DNA of 64,000 nucleotides, from the NCBI RefSeq assembly GCF_044324785.1, contig NZ_CP172127.1; one strand, 5' to 3'. This document shows, piece after piece, positions 56,006 through 64,000 of the stretch (positions are counted from its first letter, which is position 1; every line of letters begins with the position of its first letter). This stretch comes from Escherichia coli. Lineage in GTDB: Bacteria; Pseudomonadota; Gammaproteobacteria; Enterobacterales; Enterobacteriaceae. A program made the translations under genes and the position numbers. A model generated the notes under the pieces. It did not search any database. It saw nothing but the letters and a program-made list of their open reading frames with translations, and was not told the DNA's origin.

Positions 56006-56780
56006 ACGGTAATGACTCCAATTAGTTGAATTAGGAGTATAATAGCCACTTTTAAGGTTCTTTCATGGTCACAGTTAACCTTCATTGCTCCTGTTGCCAG
56101 TCCGTTCAGGTTTACCGTCACGGGAAGAACCCAAAGGACATGATCGATTTCGCTGCCGTGACTGTCATCGAGTGCTTCAGCTCACTTACCGTTACGAGGC
56201 CCGTAAACCGGGAGTTAAAGAGCAAATCACTGAAATGGCTTTCAACGGTGCCGGAGTTCGCGATACTGCCCGTACGCTGAAAATCGGCATTAATACTGTC
56301 ATCCGGACTTTAAAAAACTCTCGCCACGAAGAATAACGTCATACCCGGTCGCTCATGCTGATATGGCACTCATCTGCGAACTTGATGAGCAATGGAGTTT
56401 TGTCGGCAGTAAAGCGCGACAGCACTGGCTCTGGTACACGTACAACACGAAAACTGGTGGCGTTCTGGCCTACACTTTTGGCCTACGGACTGATTAAACC
56501 TGTCGTGAATTGCTGGCGCTGCTTGCCCTTTTACCATCGGTATGTTGACCACTGACGAATGGGGTAGTTACACCAGAGAGTTACCGAAGGAGAAGCATCT
56601 GACTGGTAAGATTTTTACTCAGCGCATTGAGCGCAACATCTACCTCTGAGAACCCGAATCAAACGTCTGGCCCGCAGAACTATCTGTTTCACGCGCTCTG
56701 TAGAACTTCATGAAAAAGTCATCGGTGCCTTTATCGAAAAATATATGTTCTACTAATTGGAGTCACCACCTTCGTTTGTT
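56006..56780 (+). mobile_element. Degenerate IS1-family element (divergent IS1 relative), frameshifted insA/insB
   Basis: IS1-like terminal sequences at both ends (GGTAATGACTCCAATTAG... and ...CTAATTGGAGTCACCACC); InsA-like ORFs 56065..56336 (CRDCHRVLQLTYRYEARKPGVKEQITEMAFNGAGVRDTARTLKIGINTVIRTLKN) and InsB-like fragments (ICELDEQWSFVGSKARQHWLWYTYN). Confidence 0.6.
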
Positions 56781-57322
56781 TAAAGAACCTGCTGGTCCTG
56801 CCATTAATATTACCTGCTGATTGCTTCACATCCGGATTCCTCGCACTGCGCGCGGGTTATTGTTTCGTTTTCGGCCACGGGGTCGCCAGGGCTCTGTTTG
56901 CAGGCCATGATGGCCTGACCTGTACTGTTTCTCAGGCACTGAGATGTCCGTTTACGCCATTTGTTCCCGGATATCCTTAACCTCTGACGTTTGTTCCCTG
57001 CCCCTCTGTCTGATAACGAATACGCTCACAACGCACAGTACTGAACAATACCGACAACAACATGTCTTACATGAAATTCGCTGTAACATCCACCGGAAAA
57101 CATTTTCAGATATCGGATGAGGTACTACTTCCATTGACAGCGCGAGGTAACAAAATTGATGGTAACTCTGACCATTAACCGTAAACCGCAGGGTATTTTC
57201 AGTAAATCACCGGCAACGCCGCTGCAGAATAAAACGGACACAGCATACAAAATGAAGGCCGGTGACCAGATACCACAGTTGAACGATAAACAGAAACCTG
57301 CTGATAAAACACCGTGGCGACA

Positions 57323-57667
57323 TGACAAAACGCCAGAGCAAAAACCGTAAGCGCATTATTCGTCTTGTGGAACTCTGGCCTGAGTCATTCAACCGGGAAA
57401 AAAACAAAACCACTTAAAGTGGGGATACCTGACGACCTGATACAGGATATCGCCATCCGAGAACTGGCGTTTGGCGCTGGTACATTACATGCAGCAGTGG
57501 CGTCTTATGTGCAGTCTCCGCGCTATTACCGTGCGTTAATAGCAGGTGGCGCCCGTTACAACCTGAACGGTCAGCCGTGCGGGGAAGTGACACCACAGGA
57601 ACAGAAAGAGGCAGAGACCCGTTTAATGATGCTGAATGACCGACGAAAAGACAGAAAACCTCGTTGA
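57323..57667 (+). pseudogene. ProQ/FinO-domain RNA-binding protein gene, frameshifted after about 30 codons
   Basis: MTKRQSKNRKRIIRLVELWPESFNREKNKTT-stop, then in another frame PLKVGIPDDLIQDIAIRELAFGAGTLHAAVASYVQSPRYYRALIAGGARYNLNGQPCGEVTPQEQKEAE. Confidence 0.5.
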
Positions 57668-57684
57668 CTGCACAACAGCGCTGT

Positions 57685-58422
57685 TCACTGAGCTGTAATC
57701 AATGTACAGCGCTGTACCGGGCGATGGGTAATACCGGTCACAACCGGTAACCCCAGAGACAATGCAACTGTTTTTAACGCAATATACTGGCCGGATGTAT
57801 CACCCCGGGCAGCCTGAAAACACCTTTCCACCCGGCATTGTCCGTCAGCACTTATCACCCGCCATGTCTGTTGCAATAAATCCACCCGTTGCGAACATTC
57901 TTCATCAACCGTGGCACTGACCCGTGGATGGCAAATGCTCGTCTGGCTGAGCAGCAACAGGCATCGCATTGTTGCTCCTCCATGTTGTTCCCGCAACCAG
58001 CGTAATACCACCGGTGGTGCTGGACTGGCCGTGTGATTACGTTCAGTAATACGCTCGTGCACCTGTCGGTAAAAGGAAGTACAGAATGCATGAATCTGTT
58101 GTCCGTTGATGTTTCCTTCTGCCGAATGGAGTGTGAAGTGGACGGCCAGCAGACGCGGCCAGTGATCCACCGCCTGCTGAATAAAACGCCGGATTTCCAC
58201 CGGCTCTGAAAGTACGGTTTCGGTTATTTGCACGATTTGATCCCCTTGAATGTTGCTGAACCGGTGTCGGTACGCAGGAAAGCACGCCGAGACCGGTACG
58301 ATGCCTGTTACAGCGAAGAACGAGGAATGACAGACGGGGGCAGCAGGTCGCCAGCACCAGGGACAGGGCTGATTTCCACAATACCAACGCTGGTATTTTG
58401 CACATTGCCAGCGTACCGGCAT
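57685..58422 (-). CDS. Hypothetical island protein downstream of alpA (paralog fragment at 23000..23567)
   Basis: Track ORF 57685..58479 overlaps alpA, so the start is probably later; a second long ORF is open in another frame over the same DNA (57855..58091), so the frame is uncertain. Confidence 0.35.
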   Translation of the reverse strand: MPVRWQCAKYQRWYCGNQPCPWCWRPAAPVCHSSFFAVTGIVPVSACFPAYRHRFSNIQGDQIVQITETVLSEPVEIRRFIQQAVDHWPRLLAVHFTLHSAEGNINGQQIHAFCTSFYRQVHERITERNHTASPAPPVVLRWLREQHGGATMRCLLLLSQTSICHPRVSATVDEECSQRVDLLQQTWRVISADGQCRVERCFQAARGDTSGQYIALKTVALSLGLPVVTGITHRPVQRCTLITAQ

Positions 58423-58433
58423 TACAACACGTT

Positions 58434-58670
58434 TCATGCGGCGACTCCCCGTGATGCTTCGATGCGCTGCTGCATCCACTGCTCCACTTCGCTTCTGTAC
58501 CAGCGGCTGCTGCGGCCCAGTTTGATGGGTTTAGGGAAATGGCCTTCACTGATCAGCTTGTAAAACCATTTGTCGGTCATACCAGTGAAGCTGGTGATGT
58601 AGTTCATGTCGATCAGGGGATCGTCGGCACGCAGCAATACGCTGTCGTGACCTGTCATTGAGGTCAACAT
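58434..58670 (-). CDS. alpA: AlpA-family phage/island regulatory protein (HTH)
   Basis: ...MNYITSFTGMTDKWFYKLISEGHFPKPIKLGRSSRWYRSEVEQWMQQRIE, typical AlpA/Vis-type small DNA-binding protein. Confidence 0.7.
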   Translation of the reverse strand: MLTSMTGHDSVLLRADDPLIDMNYITSFTGMTDKWFYKLISEGHFPKPIKLGRSSRWYRSEVEQWMQQRIEASRGVAA

Positions 58671-58738
58671 GGTCAGAATGTCCTCTGTGAGATTTATGAA
58701 TGTTGGGCAAATGCGGGTGAATCTGCTGAGCTGAGCTT

Positions 58739-59341
58739 TCAGAGCTGGCCTGCTACGGGATACCAGGGATTACCGGCGAGGTAACGGGCTTCCGGATCGC
58801 GCACACCACGACGATCGCGGGCGAAATCACTGAACGCCCATATCAGCTCTTTGAGTCTCTCTTCGCAGTCCGGTGAACGGGGATCCAGCAGCACATCCCG
58901 GGTAATCTGCTTCTGGTACGGTGCCGCTTCACCCGGTGACGCGAAGCCCAGTACGTTGCTCCAGGCATCCAGAATCAGCCGATCCAGTTCAGGGCCGTCG
59001 AAATATTCCTCCCTGACGCACAGCACCACGTGGTATTCCGGTTTTTCAGGATGACGAGTCAGGAGCCAGCAGAGATCACGTCCGGGGGTTGCATTCATCA
59101 GCGCACTGACGGTTTCGATAAAGGCCATACCGAACCAGGTTTTTCTGTCGCTGAAGATGTTGCCATGTTCCCCCGGCAGACGAAGCAGGATCCGCCGTAT
59201 TCGGGAGCAGGGCTGCTCACGCAGCGCACGCTCAAGGACACCGATAACTTTGCTCTGATAAGATGGCCAGAAGGGCGCCATGCTATAGTCGAAATAAGGG
59301 ATAGCATTCATAAGATATGTTCCGTTATACGCAGCCCACAA
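58739..59341 (-). pseudogene. Inovirus-Gp2-like (YagK/YfjJ-family) gene, 5' end degenerate
   Basis: Contains KPEYHVVLCVREEYFDG (compare HYHVILLLNKDTW in the neighbour); the conserved upstream leader is present at 59471..59535 but the ATG after it is lost. Confidence 0.5.
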
Positions 59342-59667
59342 CGCGTCCTGCCCGTGGATGCGCTGACGTGTTATGGCTTGCGTATGGGGTTGATGGAATA
59401 AGTGAAAAACCGCGGCAGAACGGGAAGATCAGGTAACCGACAAGGGACAGAACACCGGATGCAGGTTCAGAATGAATGATCTCCGTTGACTTCGGTTCAC
59501 ATCATTAAGCAGGACAGTAAGGTTTTACCGACGGAGTGTTTCCAGGAGCGAAAGCAGAGAAAAATACCGTTGCATGACTTCAGGACGACTTTTTCAGAAA
59601 ACGAGCTAAGGGCGTCAGCCAACGTCCTGTAGCATAAGCTCAGGCACCGGATGTCGTTTTACAGGGC

Positions 59668-60399
59668 TCACCTGCCATCCAGTAGACGCCCCGGCCCACG
59701 ACTGCAACCATAATTACGTTGCCCGGAACCGTTATGCAACTTCGTTTCATATTTCACGAGATAACTGGCTCTGTTCCGGGCTTTCTGCATCGCTTCCACA
59801 TCACCACGCTTGACCCAGAGCACAGCGGATTCACCCGGCTTTTTGTCTGAAGCCTTCCTGGTATCAGAACATCCACCCGACAAAGGCGTATCATCGGAAG
59901 AAGGGCGAGCATCAGATGATGTCGGTTTACGGAAAGGCGTCCGCCTGGAAAAATGAACCAGTCCATTACCCTGCCAGGGCTCAAGATGCAGAGCACTACA
60001 CCATGCCAGCTTGATCAGTGTCGCCAGCGAAGAAGGAACGGTGAAATCCCCTGGCGAGCACCAGGTATCTTTGTTGAGCAGCAATATCACGTGATAATGT
60101 TTCCTGCCTTTTTCCTTGCCAAACTCCCGGCACCAGAAATAACGCAGAGTGGTTGCACGCACACGCTTGTTGGCACGTCGTTTTTTCCGCTGGTAAGCCT
60201 GAATTTTGGCTTTCAGGGATGCAAAAAAACGAGAAATCACCGCTGAATCCGGATCGGGATCCATGATGGTGACAGGCATATACTCAGGGAAACGTAAATC
60301 CACCCGGATTAACGAGACGGCACGGTGCTGCGCCAGGGCACTGTCGAGAAGGCTGTCAAAACGGGATAACCAGTAAGCATTATGTATTGGTTGATTCAT
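59668..60399 (-). CDS. Inovirus-Gp2-like (YagK/YfjJ-family) protein
   Basis: 243-aa ORF with RBS GGAGAT 10 bp before the ATG; motif RKHYHVILLLNKDTW typical of this island-associated family. Confidence 0.65.
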   Translation of the reverse strand: MNQPIHNAYWLSRFDSLLDSALAQHRAVSLIRVDLRFPEYMPVTIMDPDPDSAVISRFFASLKAKIQAYQRKKRRANKRVRATTLRYFWCREFGKEKGRKHYHVILLLNKDTWCSPGDFTVPSSLATLIKLAWCSALHLEPWQGNGLVHFSRRTPFRKPTSSDARPSSDDTPLSGGCSDTRKASDKKPGESAVLWVKRGDVEAMQKARNRASYLVKYETKLHNGSGQRNYGCSRGPGRLLDGR

Positions 60400-61319
60400 G
60401 ATGAGAGATCTCCGTTGATTTGGATTGACTTCACATCATTAATCACCGCAGTAAAACTTTACGGCGTCCTGTCATTAAGCAACACCAGTGGCTCCTGATT
60501 AGAACAGAATGAGTTTCCCACGAACAAAAAGACAAACCTACACGCAGGGTAAAAACACGCAACAACAGCATGAATGGATTTGAAAACAATATGGATGACG
60601 AAAAATGTCAAAAGTGAAACGGATCAACAGAACGTGCAAACAAAACGTCAGAAACGCAATCAGAGCACTTTCTGGCGCTGTGAATCAACAACAACACCAA
60701 AACCTACAGCTTAACCACATTACTCAATCACGAATGCGAATGACACGTTTAAAACCTGTTTACAGATAACGCCGTAACACGATCATCCCCATCACCATCA
60801 GAATCGATTTTCTCATCCCGAAAATGTTACGTTTCACTACGCACCATAAAAACGATTAACCATCGATAACGTAAATCTCATCTGAATCAAAAAACCAAAA
60901 CCAATCATCACACTTTCGCAATGCAAGAAGAAAAACCACATCATGACGAAAACAATGACCTTACATGAAAAAGCAAAACGTCAGGAATCGTTAATGCCTC
61001 AATCTGATTGTTATCAAAACATCCAGAAAGTCGTTTAACAGAATCGTCGTAAGCACATCGAAAAGAACGTCAGATCACCTCAGGAAAGTTCGGGTTGATT
61101 TAGCGTAAAGATACTTTTCTCAGCTTAACGTCGAAACACAAACCAAAAACCACAAACAACCAAAGCTCAGGAAAGGTTAAACGTCACATCAGTAAAATCG
61201 AATAGCAGATTGATTGCTTAAACAGAAAGGTTTTACAGCAGCTTTAAACTGATTTTAGCTAACGTAAAGATTTACTAAACTGGATGAGTTTCAGACAAAG
61301 CAATGTGTACAGCAATGCT

Positions 61320-61500
61320 TAATGAAAACACTTATAGGGCTGTTTATGAAAACACGTGTATGTCTGGTAAAACACTTAGTAGAAAATACGTGTATAACAC
61401 TTACTGAAATGCTTAGTAAAAATACTTAGTAAAATATGTGTAGAATTATCTATTTAAAAAGATATGTATATAACACTTAATAAAAACATGTGTATATAGT
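61320..61500. repeat. Cluster of short direct repeats and palindromes (iteron-like)
   Basis: AACACTTA(G/C)T at about 61323, 61367, 61403, 61468; CTTAGTAAAA at 61371, 61410, 61423; palindromes ACACGTGT (61349), ATACGTGTAT (61385), ACATGT (61485). Confidence 0.4.
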
Positions 61501-62138
61501 ATCATACCGACATTCTCAACATCTTCAGACTTCCATACATACTGGGTGTTGATTTCTCACTTTTACAGCCAGCATGGAGTTTTCTGTCCTAAAAACAGAG
61601 CAGATTTACTCTGGAATTATTTTTCTGCCCCCGTATTTCAGGCCCCAGAAAAGACAATCCGAAGCAAACCGTTTGTCAGCCTCCATATCATCTTTTACCC
61701 CCGGAAAGTGATCGCGTTTTACAACCAGAATGACAGCCATACTGATTATGTCGTCTCCCGGCCCCCTTCACATATAACATGCATGTCTGTCATTGCTTAC
61801 TGCTCCACATGACCGGATTTCACATACAGGATGCACATTCAGTGTTTTTATCGCCACTATAACAGACAGATTACTGTCGTCTTTACTCTTCAGATTGTTA
61901 ATCTGACCACAAGAACAGCCGAACGGCAAAACGCCCTCCACAAGGGGCACATGAACCATAGTTGATAGCATGTTTTTCCTAATCAAGGAATAGTTCAGGA
62001 ATATTTTATTGCATTAATAACTGGCGAATAATCGTTCTGTGAACACAAAATGCTTTTATTTGTAAATTTTATTGCATTGCACTCGTTTTATTGATATGGG
62101 GTTTAATAACAGATAACCCGGAAAGAAGGAGAAAACAG

Positions 62139-62930
62139 ATGACATTACGGATTAACGATCAGGGGCGAGATAAACAGAATCAATTTTTATCGAAAAATGG
62201 AGAAAATCTGAATTCGTTAAAATCGCGTCATGTGCAGGATAGGCATTTACCTGAATGGCTTAAGGATAAAGTTGCAGCATTCTGGTTTTGTCTGGTGATA
62301 AAGGATATGAAAGTGTCAGGGAGCAGTTACTATGAACTTACCATGCAACTTCCCACTTCTGAAGAATCTGTTTGCATCAGTAAGCTGTCATCCTCAACCC
62401 ATGAGATTCGGCTGGAGATCATCAGGCGATGGATTGATAGTGTAGCACAGATAGAAACGGAAGCTTTTACTAAAAATCTCGTTGATGCCATCTATAAAAA
62501 CTGGAAGGAAATCGGGAACAAAAACCAGGCTACATGGCTTAAAAAAAATCCGGAACAACTCGAGTGGGCATGGAAATATATTAACATTCGTATTCCCGAG
62601 TCACATTTAACCTGGTTTTGCCCCGTCAATAACGAAGAGAAACGCATTGCCATCTTAGCATTGCTTAAAATACTGTATCCCGGAGATATACCATGCCAGT
62701 ACAACGACAAAGAGTTTCATGTCGGGATCTGCGCTGAAGAACATTTTTACAGAAGAATGCACGACGCTTTCAGAAAACAGTTTATCGACGGGAAAAAAGA
62801 TAAACGGGTACAAATTAACGTAAAGATATCACCGTCCGCAAAAAGCGCTCTGGACAGACTGACCAGAGCGAGGAAAACAACACAGCAGGCTATTCTGGAA
62901 CAACTGATTCTGAACGGTAGACTGGATTAA
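62139..62930 (+). CDS. Hypothetical protein, 263 aa, with a possible ribbon-helix-helix-like C-terminus
   Basis: RBS AAGGAGA 7 bp before the ATG at 62139 (track ORF starts at 62091); C-terminal ...VQINVKISPSAKSALDRLTRARKTTQQAILEQLIL. Confidence 0.45.
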   Translation: MTLRINDQGRDKQNQFLSKNGENLNSLKSRHVQDRHLPEWLKDKVAAFWFCLVIKDMKVSGSSYYELTMQLPTSEESVCISKLSSSTHEIRLEIIRRWIDSVAQIETEAFTKNLVDAIYKNWKEIGNKNQATWLKKNPEQLEWAWKYINIRIPESHLTWFCPVNNEEKRIAILALLKILYPGDIPCQYNDKEFHVGICAEEHFYRRMHDAFRKQFIDGKKDKRVQINVKISPSAKSALDRLTRARKTTQQAILEQLILNGRLD

Positions 62931-63928
62931 CTTTCACTACTTCCACTCCTGGCAGTTTTCCTCTTTTTGTAGTGTCTCCCGGCTGCAGGCATCAGGTACT
63001 TTTCCGTCATTTCGTTGCAGAACTCTTCAATGTAGTTAATCAGCTTCTGGTGTGCTTTCACCTTTTCTTCCCCGGGGGACGCTTTCAGATAAATGTCCTC
63101 CTTTTCCACAAGTGTATTTATAAACTCTCCCGGACATCCCTGGTTATAAAGCAACGTGAAAAACAACACATTCCCCAGTCTCTCCAGTAACTGCGATTTA
63201 ACCCTGTATTGTTGTTTGCTGAGGATTGATTGTTTTATAAAGCTTAGTCTTGTTAAAAGTTGTTCAAATCCCGGTTCCAGTTTAAAAACAGATTTTAATA
63301 CCAGGGACTGATACTCCTGATAAAAAAGTTCAAACGTCGGGGATGCAGACTGACGAACAGATTTGGCTACAACCCATGGACTAAATCCCATGATTGGGAT
63401 TTCCTTCGCTCCCTCCAGCGCACTCAGAGGTAGTCCAGCAATCCATGCGTCCAGCTTAGCCGAATCAATATCCCCGCTCAAAACCTCATACAAACTGCCC
63501 GTGAACGGTTGAGTCGGTTTTTTTGTTGTTTTACCTTCTGATTGCCTGAATCCATCCACTTTTCTCCGGATATTACGCGGAATCAGCATAAAAGGCGGGA
63601 CATTAAGTGATAAACGTTTACCCGTCATACGATACCAGTGGCCCACCTCAACCTTAATCCGTGTATCTGGCCTTGTATCTGGCCTTGTATCTGGCCTTAG
63701 CTCAAGTGCTATTATGTTAAGCAGGTACAGATAACGCACCGTATAACAGTCAAAATGTTTCTCCGGATCAAACGGCTCTGATCGTTCTCTGCACACAAGT
63801 CCGCTGCGCTTCAGTATTCGCTGGGTATCTTTCCAGGCCTTACTCTGAAGAATGGTGGTAACTCTGGCTTTATTAGCAATCTCACGCAGCGCATCACTTT
63901 GTTGTGCCGTCATCTCTTCCCTCCACAC
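62927..63928 (-). CDS. Hypothetical protein, 333 aa, with an internal RPDT tandem repeat
   Basis: Long ORF convergent with and overlapping the previous gene by 4 bp; contains a 12-bp x3 DNA tandem repeat encoding RPDTRPDTRPDTR. Confidence 0.5.
   Translation of the reverse strand: MWREEMTAQQSDALREIANKARVTTILQSKAWKDTQRILKRSGLVCRERSEPFDPEKHFDCYTVRYLYLLNIIALELRPDTRPDTRPDTRIKVEVGHWYRMTGKRLSLNVPPFMLIPRNIRRKVDGFRQSEGKTTKKPTQPFTGSLYEVLSGDIDSAKLDAWIAGLPLSALEGAKEIPIMGFSPWVVAKSVRQSASPTFELFYQEYQSLVLKSVFKLEPGFEQLLTRLSFIKQSILSKQQYRVKSQLLERLGNVLFFTLLYNQGCPGEFINTLVEKEDIYLKASPGEEKVKAHQKLINYIEEFCNEMTEKYLMPAAGRHYKKRKTARSGSSES
63663..63698. repeat. 12-bp tandem repeat x3 (GTATCTGGCCTT) inside the 62927..63928 ORF
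   Basis: Three exact head-to-tail copies. Confidence 0.9.
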
Positions 63929-64000
63929 TTTGTCACTCCAGATTTTTTCACGTCCATATTACCTGAATGATAAACCGGATTAGTGTGATCCGGTTCAGCG

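Noticed and set aside
57685-58479. Full 264-aa track ORF as the gene downstream of alpA
   Set aside because: Its first 15 codons overlap alpA and its N-terminal 60 residues are Cys/Trp/Pro-rich and non-protein-like; a second frame is also open over the same DNA. Listed only as a low-confidence CDS with a later start.

Overview
This 64 kb window is an accessory-type, heavily insertion-sequence-laden region of an Escherichia/Shigella-like genome; the Shigella or enteroinvasive E. coli assignment is an inference from IS density and IS types. At least 15 IS copies or fragments are recognisable by translation: IS630, several IS3-family elements (IS3 itself, an IS911-like fragment, two tandem degenerate copies), four IS110-family recombinase genes or fragments, two IS21-family elements (one IS100-like), an IS66-family element split by the IS100-like copy, IS256-family fragments, a truncated IS200, IS2 plus IS2 end remnants, IS1 plus a degenerate IS1 relative, and an ISL3-like fragment. 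Many are nested inside one another. A group II intron sits inside the IS3 orfB. Between the IS debris are islands of intact genes: amiC, sitABCD with MntR and Fur boxes, an ABC transporter with a ROK regulator and a glycerophosphodiester phosphodiesterase, two inverted copies of a phage-type sodC, a yahB-yahI-like cluster, an Eib/YadA-like trimeric autotransporter with a LuxR-type regulator, and a CP4-like island remnant (alpA plus inovirus-Gp2-like genes). No rRNA, tRNA or CRISPR array was recognised by eye. No single novel system can be firmly identified. The best candidates are the noncoding flanks of the IS110-family elements, which could encode guide-type structured RNAs, and an A-rich, ORF-free 1.1 kb region with repeated motifs and palindromes beside the Gp2-like genes. 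All calls are from manual translation and pattern recognition without database searches; family names and boundaries are approximate.
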